Source of the DNA: an uncultured Myxococcales bacterium
GTDB taxonomy: Bacteria > Myxococcota_A > UBA9042 > DTJE01
Assembly: GCA_937975765.1 (NCBI GenBank)
Contig: CALJUR010000048.1
Coordinates: forward strand, 23,538-87,537
Direction: 5' to 3'
Length of the DNA stretch: 64,000 bases
This document shows positions 45,282 through 54,219 of the stretch, piece after piece; position 1 is the stretch's first letter; every line of letters starts with the position of its first letter. The notes below the pieces were generated by a model. The model saw only the letters and a list, made by a program, of their open reading frames with translations. It did no database searches and had not been told where the DNA came from. The position numbers and the translations under genes were made by a program.

Positions 45282-45623
45282 ATGGCGATGCAGAAGCAGA
45301 GCGGCGGGATCGAGGCGGCGAAGGCGGTGCGACTGGAGGACCTGGTGGAGTACCAGCCGGGATCGATCGTCAGCCGGACGATCAAGAACGCCCCGGTGGG
45401 CACGCTGACCCTGTTCGCGTTCGACGAAGGCCAGGCCCTGTCCGAGCACTCGGCGCCGTACGACGCCTACGTCACGGTGCAGGACGGCGAGGGCGAACTG
45501 GTGATCGGCGGCACGCCGGTCGCGGCGCGGGCCGGCGAGACGGTGCTGATGCCCGCGAACATCCCGCACGCGGTCAACGCGCGGCAGCGATTCAAGATGC
45601 TGCTGACGATGATCCGCGGGTAG
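45282..45623 (+). CDS. cupin-domain protein
   Basis: 113 aa; SEHSAPYDAYVTVQDGEGELVIGG...VLMPANIPHAV is a cupin motif pair. GAGGAGGAAGG RBS. Confidence 0.7.
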   Translation: MAMQKQSGGIEAAKAVRLEDLVEYQPGSIVSRTIKNAPVGTLTLFAFDEGQALSEHSAPYDAYVTVQDGEGELVIGGTPVAARAGETVLMPANIPHAVNARQRFKMLLTMIRG

Positions 45624-45721
45624 GCCGCCCTCCCTTCCCCTCCTTCCCCTTCCCGCGACGATGTCTGGCGTGTTCGAACCCGGACGGGTAGAATCCGGGC
45701 GAAGGCCAACGCGAGGTCGCC

Positions 45722-48019
45722 ATGACGAAGAACAGCGGGTTCCTCTGCATCCTGGCGGTCGCGGCCCTGGCGGCCTGCGATTCCGGCAACGATCCCGGGG
45801 TCTCGCAGATGGACGTGACGCCTCCCGGCGACGCGCACGACACGGCCGAGGGGGTGTCGCCGGACCTCGCCGACGCGGACCTCGTCAACCCGGACGTGCC
45901 CCCCGACGCCGTCGCGGAGATCCCGGCGGACGGCATCGACGCGAACGGCGACGCGAACGGCGGCCCCCGGATCCAGGTGGTCCCGGAAGCGCTGGACCTG
46001 GGGTTCGCCCCGCAGGGCCTGGCCGTCCGGCGCACCGTCACCGTGTCGAACGCCGGGGACGCGCCCCTGACCGTCACCACCGTGTCGCTGCCCCAGGACT
46101 CGGGGGGCGAAATCACCGTGGACGCCGGGACGCTGACGACCTCGCCGCTGGCGGCCGGTGCGAACCGCGAGGTCGTCGTCACCACGACCAATGCCGGGGC
46201 GGCGACCGGCGCGATCGAGGGCCTGCTGCGCATCGAGTCGAACGACCCCGAGCGCCCGACCGTGGACGTGTCCCTGACCGGCCAGCGTTCCGGCCCGCCG
46301 ACCTGCACCTTCGCGTTCACCCCCGATTCCGACGGCGCCTGGGACCTGGGCACCGTCGCGGCCGGTACGACGGCCGAGCGCACCGTGACCCTGACGAACA
46401 CCGGGACCGGCGGCCTGGCCATCGAGCGCCTGGACGTCTACGGGTGCGCCGCCGGCGACGGCGGGACGACCTGCGGCCCCGCCAGGGCCTCCGCGTCGTC
46501 CTGGCAGGTGGAACTGGACGAAGGCCAGCCCTCCGAGGTGCCGTCCGGTGGTTCCACCCGGCTGAAGATCCGCCTCTCCCTGCCCTCCGGCACCAAGGAC
46601 GCCACGTCGACGCTGGCCGCGCTGCTGGCGATGACCTGGACCTGCCCGCTGGGGGCGCGGCAACCGGAAATGCGCACGTGGCCGGAAGGCTGCGTGCCGG
46701 ACTCGACCTGCGCCCCGAACCTGGTGGCGAATGCAGTGCCCGCGCTGCTGGACGTCCAGCCGCCGTCGCTGGCCTTCCCGGACACCCAGGCGGGCTGCGG
46801 GTCCGAGGCCAGGAGCATCCACCTGGCCAACACGTCCGGACAGGCCGTGACGGTGACCTCGATCCAGGTGGACCCGGCCTGCGCCCACGCCGGCGAGTTC
46901 GTCCTCGTGAACCCGCCGGGACTGCCCGCCGTGCTGCACGACGGGGAGGCGCTGGACGTGCAGGTGGTCTTCCAGCCCGACGATGCCTGGCCGGTGGCCT
47001 GCGACCTCCAGGTCACCCTGGACGGCACCCCGCCGATCGTGATGTCCGTCCCGATGTCCGGGAAGTCGTCGGACGGGCGGGTGCAGGATCGGTGGTGGCA
47101 GGTGGCGAACAAGTCCGACGTGCTGTTCGTGATCGATACGTCGGGATCGATGCTGGACGGGGCGCTGGACCGGTTGGTCGCGTCGGTGCCGGCCCTGATG
47201 GACGCGCTGGCCAAGGCCGGGATGGACCCGCACGTGGGCGTCATCGGGGTCGGCGTGGATGCGGCGTGTCCGGCCAGCGCGAACCTTCGGGGTACGCCGC
47301 GCGTGATGGACTCGACCACGATCGACGCGTTCAGCTCCGCGGTGGCAGCGATGGTGGCCGACACCTCGTGCGATGGCTCGACGCAGGAAGCGGGCCTGGA
47401 GGCAATGCGGCTGGCACTGTCCCAGCCGCGGGTCGGGGACGAGGGGATCTCGTGCGCCACGGACCTGGCCTGCACGCCGCCCTACGGCTGCGTCGACGGC
47501 ACCTGCGGCGGGAAGAACCGGGGGTTCCTGCGGGCGGACGCGACGCTGGACGTGATCGTGCTGGCGGACGAGGACGATCAGTCGCCCGACGACCTGATGA
47601 CGTACCGGTTCTTCCTGGACTTCCTGAAGGGGCTGGGCGGGGCGGCGATGACCCGGCTGCACGCGATCGCCGGCGACTCGCCGGGAGGCTGCGCCAACAC
47701 CTGGGACACGGCCGACGAGTGCCCGCGGTACGTCCAGGCCGCCGCCGACACCGGCGGCACCTTCGCCTCGATCTGCCAGGGGTCCTTCGATCCCGCGATG
47801 GAGACGATCGGCAGCCCGCCCCCGTTCGCCCGCACGGTGTTCCCGCTGTCGACCACCCCGATCCGGGATACCGTGACCGTGACCGTGGACGGCCAGCCCT
47901 GCACCGAGGGCTGGAGCCTGTCCTTCGATGACACGCACGTGGATTTCACGAACGAAAGCCCCTGCTTCCCGCAGCCGGGGGTCGAGGTGGTGGTGGAATA
48001 CGTGATGGCCTGCCCGTAG
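45722..48019 (+). CDS. lipoprotein with choice-of-anchor-D/ASH-like domains and a von Willebrand factor A domain
   Basis: Lipobox LAACDSG, acidic linker, and repeated LDLGF...VTVSNAGDAPLTVT units. MIDAS motif VLFVIDTSGSM. Confidence 0.75.
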   Translation: MTKNSGFLCILAVAALAACDSGNDPGVSQMDVTPPGDAHDTAEGVSPDLADADLVNPDVPPDAVAEIPADGIDANGDANGGPRIQVVPEALDLGFAPQGLAVRRTVTVSNAGDAPLTVTTVSLPQDSGGEITVDAGTLTTSPLAAGANREVVVTTTNAGAATGAIEGLLRIESNDPERPTVDVSLTGQRSGPPTCTFAFTPDSDGAWDLGTVAAGTTAERTVTLTNTGTGGLAIERLDVYGCAAGDGGTTCGPARASASSWQVELDEGQPSEVPSGGSTRLKIRLSLPSGTKDATSTLAALLAMTWTCPLGARQPEMRTWPEGCVPDSTCAPNLVANAVPALLDVQPPSLAFPDTQAGCGSEARSIHLANTSGQAVTVTSIQVDPACAHAGEFVLVNPPGLPAVLHDGEALDVQVVFQPDDAWPVACDLQVTLDGTPPIVMSVPMSGKSSDGRVQDRWWQVANKSDVLFVIDTSGSMLDGALDRLVASVPALMDALAKAGMDPHVGVIGVGVDAACPASANLRGTPRVMDSTTIDAFSSAVAAMVADTSCDGSTQEAGLEAMRLALSQPRVGDEGISCATDLACTPPYGCVDGTCGGKNRGFLRADATLDVIVLADEDDQSPDDLMTYRFFLDFLKGLGGAAMTRLHAIAGDSPGGCANTWDTADECPRYVQAAADTGGTFASICQGSFDPAMETIGSPPPFARTVFPLSTTPIRDTVTVTVDGQPCTEGWSLSFDDTHVDFTNESPCFPQPGVEVVVEYVMACP

Positions 48020-48040
48020 GACCCGCCGGGCCCCGGGGGC

Positions 48041-48946
48041 CTACCAGAACCAGTCGGACTCGCGGGACAGCATCGTGGCGGCCTCGCGCTGGTACAGGAA
48101 GTTCCAGCCATGGGACCCGGGCGCGGCCTTCGCGTCCCGGCCGGCCACCCACTGCAGGTCCGCGCGGAAGGCCTCGCGGTCCTTCTTCTCCACGGCCAGG
48201 TAGCGGGCACGCCCCCAGCGGTTGCGCAGCGTTTCCGGGGACGCGTCGATCGCCTCCTGGAACAGCGCCCCGGCCTTCTCGATGTCCCCGCCGGCCCGCG
48301 CCGGCATCGCGGCCGCGGTCACCGCCCGATCGTAGGCGGCCAGCCCGCCGTTCCAGCCGGGCGCCAGGGACTGCAGGTGCGCAAGGACCGCCTCGTCCCG
48401 CCGAATCCACTCCTTGCGCGTCTCCTGCACGACGCCGGACAGGCAGTCGTGGTACATCCGCATCATCGCGGTGGCCCACCACCCGATGGCGTCCGCGTAC
48501 ACGGCGCCCAGCACCGGGATCGCGTCCCAGGTCTCGGTTCCGCCCTCGACCTTCTCGCGGAAGCCCGCGTCCAACGTCATCGCCCGCTCGGCGTACTGCA
48601 GCGCCTTCCGGTACATCTCGCCCTGCTCGCCGACCGTCCGGGCGTAGCCCTGGCCCAGCAGCGTCCAGGTCGAGGCCAGGTTCACCAGCGCCTCGTAGTC
48701 GTCCGGGACCGCGCGAAGCACCTGGACCCACGCCTTCGCCATCGCCTCGACCGAGGCGCGATTCTCGGCCCGGACATCCGCGTCGCGCGCCGCCTGCCGC
48801 AGCACCTCGACGTCCGGGGAGCCCTTCATCGGCTTCTCCCGGTCCATCTCCCAGCCGGACTTCCAGCCCATGCTGCACGCCGTCAGCGCGCAGGCGGCCA
48901 GGGCAGCGATCCACCGAACCGATCGGGCAGGAACGACGCGTCGCAT
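48041..48946 (-). CDS. TatT-like helical (TPR-like) lipoprotein
   Basis: Lipobox ACALTACS. All-helical, with a C-terminal region (PGWNGGLAAYDRAV...GGDIEKAGALFQEAI...RWGRARYLAV) that resembles the TRAP-T TatT family (recalled, not searched). Confidence 0.5.
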   Translation of the reverse strand: MRRVVPARSVRWIAALAACALTACSMGWKSGWEMDREKPMKGSPDVEVLRQAARDADVRAENRASVEAMAKAWVQVLRAVPDDYEALVNLASTWTLLGQGYARTVGEQGEMYRKALQYAERAMTLDAGFREKVEGGTETWDAIPVLGAVYADAIGWWATAMMRMYHDCLSGVVQETRKEWIRRDEAVLAHLQSLAPGWNGGLAAYDRAVTAAAMPARAGGDIEKAGALFQEAIDASPETLRNRWGRARYLAVEKKDREAFRADLQWVAGRDAKAAPGSHGWNFLYQREAATMLSRESDWFW

Positions 48947-49052
48947 GGGCCCCCCAGAGGTTTGCCGGGCGGAATGATACTCCAGCCTCGCGCCGTCGCA
49001 CATCCGCATCTGCCAGGATCCCGAAGGTTCCTGATCGGACGGGGGCCGGCCG

Positions 49053-49706
49053 TCAGCCGTTCCTCCCGGCCAGGATCGTCGGCAGCAGTTCCTGGATGCC
49101 CTGCGCCACGAACTGGATCGCGACGGCCGCCAGCAGCAGGCCCATCAGTTTCATCAGGATGCGGGTGCCGGTGTCGCCCAGCAACTTCTGGAACCGCTGC
49201 GCGCCGATCATCAGCAGCCACGAGGCGGCACACGTCACGACGATCGACGCCAGCACCGGGATGACCTTCCAGGACAGTTCGCCGGGGTTCGCCAGGAGGC
49301 TGACCGTCGCCAGGGAGCCGGGGCCGGCCAACTGGGGCACCGCCAGGGGCGTGATCGCGACGTCCTCGCGGGAGGACGCCTCGGCCCGGTCCTCGACCGT
49401 CGACTTCGTGCGGGACGTCTGCCCGTGCAGCATGTCCAGCGCAACGCGCAGCAGCAGGATGCCGCCGGCCACGCGGAAGGCGCCGATGGTGATGCCGAAC
49501 AGCTTGAAGATCAGCATGCCGGCCAGCGCGAACGCGATCAGCACGCCGCCGGCCACCAGCGAGGCACGCATGGCGGTGCGGCGGCGCTCGACGGGCGTCT
49601 GGCCGGAGGTCAGGGCCAGGAAGACCGGGACGATCGCGATGGGGTCCACGATGAAGAAGATCGACGTGAACGCCAGCAGGGAGAAGGATGCGATCTCGCC
49701 CAGCAC
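49053..49706 (-). CDS. MarC-family (UPF0056) integral membrane protein
   Basis: GTG start after GGAGAA. FTSIFFIVDPIAIVPVFLALT is the family N-terminal signature. Six TM helices. Confidence 0.8.
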   Translation of the reverse strand: MLGEIASFSLLAFTSIFFIVDPIAIVPVFLALTSGQTPVERRRTAMRASLVAGGVLIAFALAGMLIFKLFGITIGAFRVAGGILLLRVALDMLHGQTSRTKSTVEDRAEASSREDVAITPLAVPQLAGPGSLATVSLLANPGELSWKVIPVLASIVVTCAASWLLMIGAQRFQKLLGDTGTRILMKLMGLLLAAVAIQFVAQGIQELLPTILAGRNG

Positions 49707-49815
49707 GGGGGGTTCTCCGGAACCAAGCCGGGCGGAGGATAGTCGATTTCGGACCAGTTTCCGACACGTATTCGCGAATGCGCTATCCTTTCGCGGCCTG
49801 GAGGGGGAGGTCCCG

Positions 49816-51483
49816 ATGCGACGGGAATGGCTGGCGGCGGCGCTGGTGGCGGTGGCGATGGCGGCGTGCGGGGGATCGGGCGGCGGGGACGACGCCGGCG
49901 TGCCGGACGCGACCGACCCGGGGACGGGAGACGTGCCGGCCGAGGCCGCCGGCGACGCGGTGACGGAGGTCCCGGAGGAGGCGCACGAGGCGGTCGAGGA
50001 GACGGCCGGCGAGGTGCCGCCCGGGGACGCCGCGGAGGATCCAGGAGACGTCGCGGACGAGGCCGGGCAGGACGCGTCCGACGTGACGGAAGTGCCGTGG
50101 ACCCGGCCCGAGAAGGGCGACCCGGTCGGCGCCGAGGAGACCTCGGAGGTCACCGACCTGTACCTGGACCTGCTGGCGAGGATGCGCTACTTCGACCTGC
50201 TGGACGAGCGCGTGCACGGCTGGCCCGAGGACGACCCCGAACAGCGCTACTGGTACGGCACCTGGTGGAGCGGCGTGCGGATCCTGAAGCAGGACGGCAA
50301 GGTCACCTACCTGCACTCGAAGGACGGGGCGGACAACAACGGCATGCGGACGGCCCCGATGCTGGTCGGGACGGCCTTCGCGCACCGGCTGTGGGGCGAC
50401 GCGAGCCACCTGCACCTGCTGCGGCGCATCGTTCGCGGGTTCAACTCCTGGATCCTGGCGATGCAGCGCACGTCGCAGCCCGACGGCATCCCGATGATGA
50501 CGCGCGCCTCGTACCCGCCATCCACGACCTGGACGTGGAACGGCCGCGAGGTCGCGATCGACTACTCTCAGAACCACCCCGGCGAGGACAACGGCGCGTG
50601 CCAGTACGTCCGCATCCCGGACAACCCCTACTGGGGCGACTTCTGGGTCAAGAACAAGCGGTCCAAGGACGACATCGGCCACATGCTGCTGGCGATCGCG
50701 CTGGTGGACGGCGCCGTGAAGGCCGCGGGCGACGCGGACCTGGACGCCGAGTGGGCGCAGTTGCAGGACCTGTACGCGCGGTGGAGCCGGCAGGTGGAGG
50801 ACGACGGCTGGCGCATCGCCACGTACGACAAGGACCTGGACAAGTGGCTGCCCGACGACGACCTGGCGTACTACATGATGGACATCAACGGGTTCGACCC
50901 CGAGTGCGACATCGCGCTGGCGACGCGCCTGATGGGCCGCGGGGACGCCGGCACGCTGGACTGCGGCAACGGCATCAGCATCGTGGACGACGTGGTCAGC
51001 ATGAAGCCCGACAACGGCCAGCAACTGCGGTCGTACCACGAGGCGGCCATCGCGCAGGCGCGGGTGAAGGGGCAGCAGGGGGTCATCGACACGCTGCTGC
51101 CGGGCCTGGCCCTGCGCATCGACAAGATCCTGGACGCCGACCCGAACGCCGGCGGCCCGCCCCGGCCGGGCGACGAGGACCTGGGCGAACTGATGATCAT
51201 GGCGGACGCGGTCGGCGTGCCGCTGACGTGGCGCGAGGTGCGGTTCGCGCAGGATCGCATCCGGGACGCGCACGCGGCGTACCTGTCCGAGGGCGCGATG
51301 CCCGGCTACCACGTGTTCGACGCGGCCACCCCGGACGGCGAGTACGGGTTCGACCCGGGCGGCGGGGGGTACGCGTTCCGGTACGTCGGCGCGGTGCTGT
51401 CGTTCTGCACGTCGCCCTTCCGGCACCCCGATTCCCACCCGGTGCTGGACTGCGACAAGGTGCGCGCCTTCCTGTCCCGCTGA
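49816..51483 (+). CDS. lipoprotein with acidic linker, unknown function
   Basis: MRREWLAAALVAVAMAACGG lipobox, about 90 aa of D/E/A/P linker, then a W/Y-rich globular domain with no motif I recognise. Confidence 0.6.
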   Translation: MRREWLAAALVAVAMAACGGSGGGDDAGVPDATDPGTGDVPAEAAGDAVTEVPEEAHEAVEETAGEVPPGDAAEDPGDVADEAGQDASDVTEVPWTRPEKGDPVGAEETSEVTDLYLDLLARMRYFDLLDERVHGWPEDDPEQRYWYGTWWSGVRILKQDGKVTYLHSKDGADNNGMRTAPMLVGTAFAHRLWGDASHLHLLRRIVRGFNSWILAMQRTSQPDGIPMMTRASYPPSTTWTWNGREVAIDYSQNHPGEDNGACQYVRIPDNPYWGDFWVKNKRSKDDIGHMLLAIALVDGAVKAAGDADLDAEWAQLQDLYARWSRQVEDDGWRIATYDKDLDKWLPDDDLAYYMMDINGFDPECDIALATRLMGRGDAGTLDCGNGISIVDDVVSMKPDNGQQLRSYHEAAIAQARVKGQQGVIDTLLPGLALRIDKILDADPNAGGPPRPGDEDLGELMIMADAVGVPLTWREVRFAQDRIRDAHAAYLSEGAMPGYHVFDAATPDGEYGFDPGGGGYAFRYVGAVLSFCTSPFRHPDSHPVLDCDKVRAFLSR

Positions 51484-51563
51484 CCCCCTCCGGCCTGCCG
51501 GAACTTCGCGAAACCGCAGGCGCGGGAGTATGATCCCGCCAGTCGCATTTCCAGGGGGCTCCC

Positions 51564-52859
51564 GTGACCCGAACCCGCCTGTCCCATGCCCTCGGGCTGT
51601 GCCTCGTGCTGGTCGCCGGCTGCGGAGGAGGGTCCACGAAGGGGAACCTCGGCGATGTCCTGGAGGTCCCGGCCACCGACGTCGGGCAGGACAGCGGCGG
51701 GGAGGACCTGTGGGAGGAAGGGGTTCGCGACGTGCCCGACGGGTTCGAGGAGACCCTGCCCGGCGACCTGCCGGCAGGCGACGCGGATGTCGTGCTGCCG
51801 GACGCGGAACCGGACGCTGAACCGGACGCGCCCCCCGTGGACGTGGCGACCGACACGCCCCCGCCCGACTCGGTCGAGGACGTTTCCGCGGACGCGGACG
51901 GCGTCGAACCGGAAGTGATCGAGGCGAGCGGTTCCTGCGCAACCCCGATCGAGGTCTGGGGCGGCAAGGCCGTCGGCCCGGAACTCCCCCCCGGCGGCCT
52001 GGACTACGAGACGCGCACCGGCGCGGTGACGTCCGGCTCGGACCCCTGGTGCGGCCCCTCCGGAGCGCAGGGCGAGGTGGTCTTCCGGCTGGTCCTCGGC
52101 GCGCCCCTGTATGTGATCCTGACGGCCCTGGCGCAGGTCCCCGACTACACCCCCGTCGTGACCTTCCTGAAGGAGTCGTGCTCGGGCAGCCTGATGGAGT
52201 GCACCGCCGCAGAGGCGAACGGGGGCACCACGGAGATGGCGACCGCGCTGCCTCCCGGAACCTGGATCGCGATCGTGCGCCTGGTCCCGCTGCAGGAGGG
52301 CCTGCCGACCGAGGGCGTCGCGGTGGACGCGTCCTTCGAGTTCGAGGCCGGCGAGATCTGCGACAACGGCGAGGACGACAACGCGGACTGGGACGTGGAC
52401 TGCGACGACCCGACGTGCTTCTGGGACCCCTACTGCACCGGCGGCCACTCCGGCGAGACCTGCGCCGACCCGTTCCTGATCAACAACGGCGCCCCCGTTG
52501 CGCCGAGCCAGGAGTTCTTCGAGGTCGGCACGCTGGGCGGCCGGATCGACGACTACCAGCCCGGCGCCGCGTGCTGGCCCAGCGTGGCGGGCAGCAGCGA
52601 CGCGGTCTGGAGGATCGTCCTTCCCGCGGAACTGACGCTGGAGGTCGCCGCGGCGTTCTACGACGGCACCAACGGCCAGGTCTACGTGATGGACCCGGCG
52701 TGCTCCGCGGTCGTGTCGTGCCTGTCGCCGGACGTGGCCGGCGACCCGAACCTGCTGGTCACGCTGCCCGCGGGCACCTACCACCTGGTCGTGGACCGGG
52801 GCCCGGACACCCCGCAGAGCCTGGCCTTCGACCTGTACGTTTTCGTCGACGAGCCGTGA
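51564..52859 (+). CDS. lipoprotein with acidic linker and two similar Cys-containing beta-rich domains
   Basis: GTG start, lipobox LVLVAGCGGG and linker. Two domains each start near a C-(A)-x-P motif (SCATPIEV / TCADPFLI), separated by EICDNGEDDNADWDVDCDDPTCFWDPYC. Confidence 0.6.
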   Translation: MTRTRLSHALGLCLVLVAGCGGGSTKGNLGDVLEVPATDVGQDSGGEDLWEEGVRDVPDGFEETLPGDLPAGDADVVLPDAEPDAEPDAPPVDVATDTPPPDSVEDVSADADGVEPEVIEASGSCATPIEVWGGKAVGPELPPGGLDYETRTGAVTSGSDPWCGPSGAQGEVVFRLVLGAPLYVILTALAQVPDYTPVVTFLKESCSGSLMECTAAEANGGTTEMATALPPGTWIAIVRLVPLQEGLPTEGVAVDASFEFEAGEICDNGEDDNADWDVDCDDPTCFWDPYCTGGHSGETCADPFLINNGAPVAPSQEFFEVGTLGGRIDDYQPGAACWPSVAGSSDAVWRIVLPAELTLEVAAAFYDGTNGQVYVMDPACSAVVSCLSPDVAGDPNLLVTLPAGTYHLVVDRGPDTPQSLAFDLYVFVDEP

Positions 52860-52869
52860 CGGGGCCGGG

Positions 52870-54219
52870 ATGGTACGGATCCCACGCGCAGTCCTGCCCC
52901 TCCTCTGCCTGCTGGCCTTCTCCCCTCCGGCCCAGGCCCACCGGCGCCCGCGTCTTCCCTCGCCACCGCTGCATCCGCGAGTCGTGCAGGTTCCCGTCGA
53001 GGACCCGACCGGCCACTCCCTGGACGCCTTCGGGGCGGCCCTGGAACGCGCCCGCACCCGCCGGGGCCAGGCGCGCATCGCGGTCTGGGGCGCCTCGCAC
53101 ACGGCCGGCGATCTGTATACCGGGCTGCTGCGGCGCGAACTGCAGGCGCGATACGGCGACGCGGGGCACGGGTTCATCCAGGCAGGACACCCCTGGAGGT
53201 ACTTCCGGCACTCCGACGTGAACGTCGCGTCATCGAACGGCTGGGTCAAGGATCGCGTGGAGGCGCACGACGAGCCGTGCGCGGTGCCGGCGGTCCCGGC
53301 GTCCCGCGCCAACGGCCCTGCTTCCCCCGCCAACGGCCGAGCGCCCCCCTGCCCGGATCGATCCCCGGTCCGGCGCGACGGCCTCTACGGCCTGGCCGGG
53401 GTGTCGGTGCGGTCCTCGTCCCCGGACGACTGGACCCGGTTCTCCACCACGCGGGACAACGCCGTCGGGCGCCGGGCCTCGACCATCGAGGCGTGGTTCC
53501 TGCGCCAGCCGGGAGGCGGGTCGTTCGACGTGCGGATCGACGGGCGCCTGGCGCGGACCGTGGCCACGGCGGGCGATGCGCACGCGCCGGGCTGCACCGC
53601 GTTCCGGCTGGCGGACCGGGGGCACACCGTCGAACTGCGGCCCCGCGGCGACGGCGAGGTGCGGCTGTTCGGCATCGTGATGGAGCGCGCGGTTCCGGGC
53701 GTGATCCTGGACACGCTGGGCATCCCGGGCTCGCGGGCCGAATTCCTGCTGAAGTGGGACCCCGCCCTGTTCCTGCACCAGGTCCAGGGACGACGCCCGG
53801 ACCTGGTCGTTCTGGCCTACGGGACCAACGAGGCGGGCGACGACCACGTGCCGATCGACGAGTACGAGCGCTGGCTGCACGAGGTCGTGACCCGCGTCCG
53901 GCATGCCGCCCCGCAGGCCTCCTGCCTGCTGATCGGGCCGACCGACCGTCCCCTGGAGTCCCCCGACGGGACCTGGCTGCCCCGCCCGCGACGGGCCGAG
54001 GTGACCGCCGTGCAGCGCCGCGTGGCGTTCGACCGGGGCTGCGCCTTCTTCGACGCGGCGGCGATGATGGGCGGCGAGGGAGGGATGGACGGCTGGGTCG
54101 GCGCGCAACCCCCGCTGGCGTCCCGGGACCACGTGCACCTGACGCGCGAAGGCTACGAGATCATGGGGCGGATGCTGCTGCGGGAGCTGCTGCTGCGGAC
54201 CGGGCAAGCCACCCCGTGA
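52870..54219 (+). CDS. secreted SGNH-hydrolase-like protein (AlgX/AlgJ-style O-acetyltransferase/esterase candidate)
   Basis: Signal peptide. Block I IAVWGASHTAGD, GDAGHGF, block III LAYGTNEAGD, block V SRDHVHLT. Paralogue of 54161-55867. Confidence 0.7.
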   Translation: MVRIPRAVLPLLCLLAFSPPAQAHRRPRLPSPPLHPRVVQVPVEDPTGHSLDAFGAALERARTRRGQARIAVWGASHTAGDLYTGLLRRELQARYGDAGHGFIQAGHPWRYFRHSDVNVASSNGWVKDRVEAHDEPCAVPAVPASRANGPASPANGRAPPCPDRSPVRRDGLYGLAGVSVRSSSPDDWTRFSTTRDNAVGRRASTIEAWFLRQPGGGSFDVRIDGRLARTVATAGDAHAPGCTAFRLADRGHTVELRPRGDGEVRLFGIVMERAVPGVILDTLGIPGSRAEFLLKWDPALFLHQVQGRRPDLVVLAYGTNEAGDDHVPIDEYERWLHEVVTRVRHAAPQASCLLIGPTDRPLESPDGTWLPRPRRAEVTAVQRRVAFDRGCAFFDAAAMMGGEGGMDGWVGAQPPLASRDHVHLTREGYEIMGRMLLRELLLRTGQATP

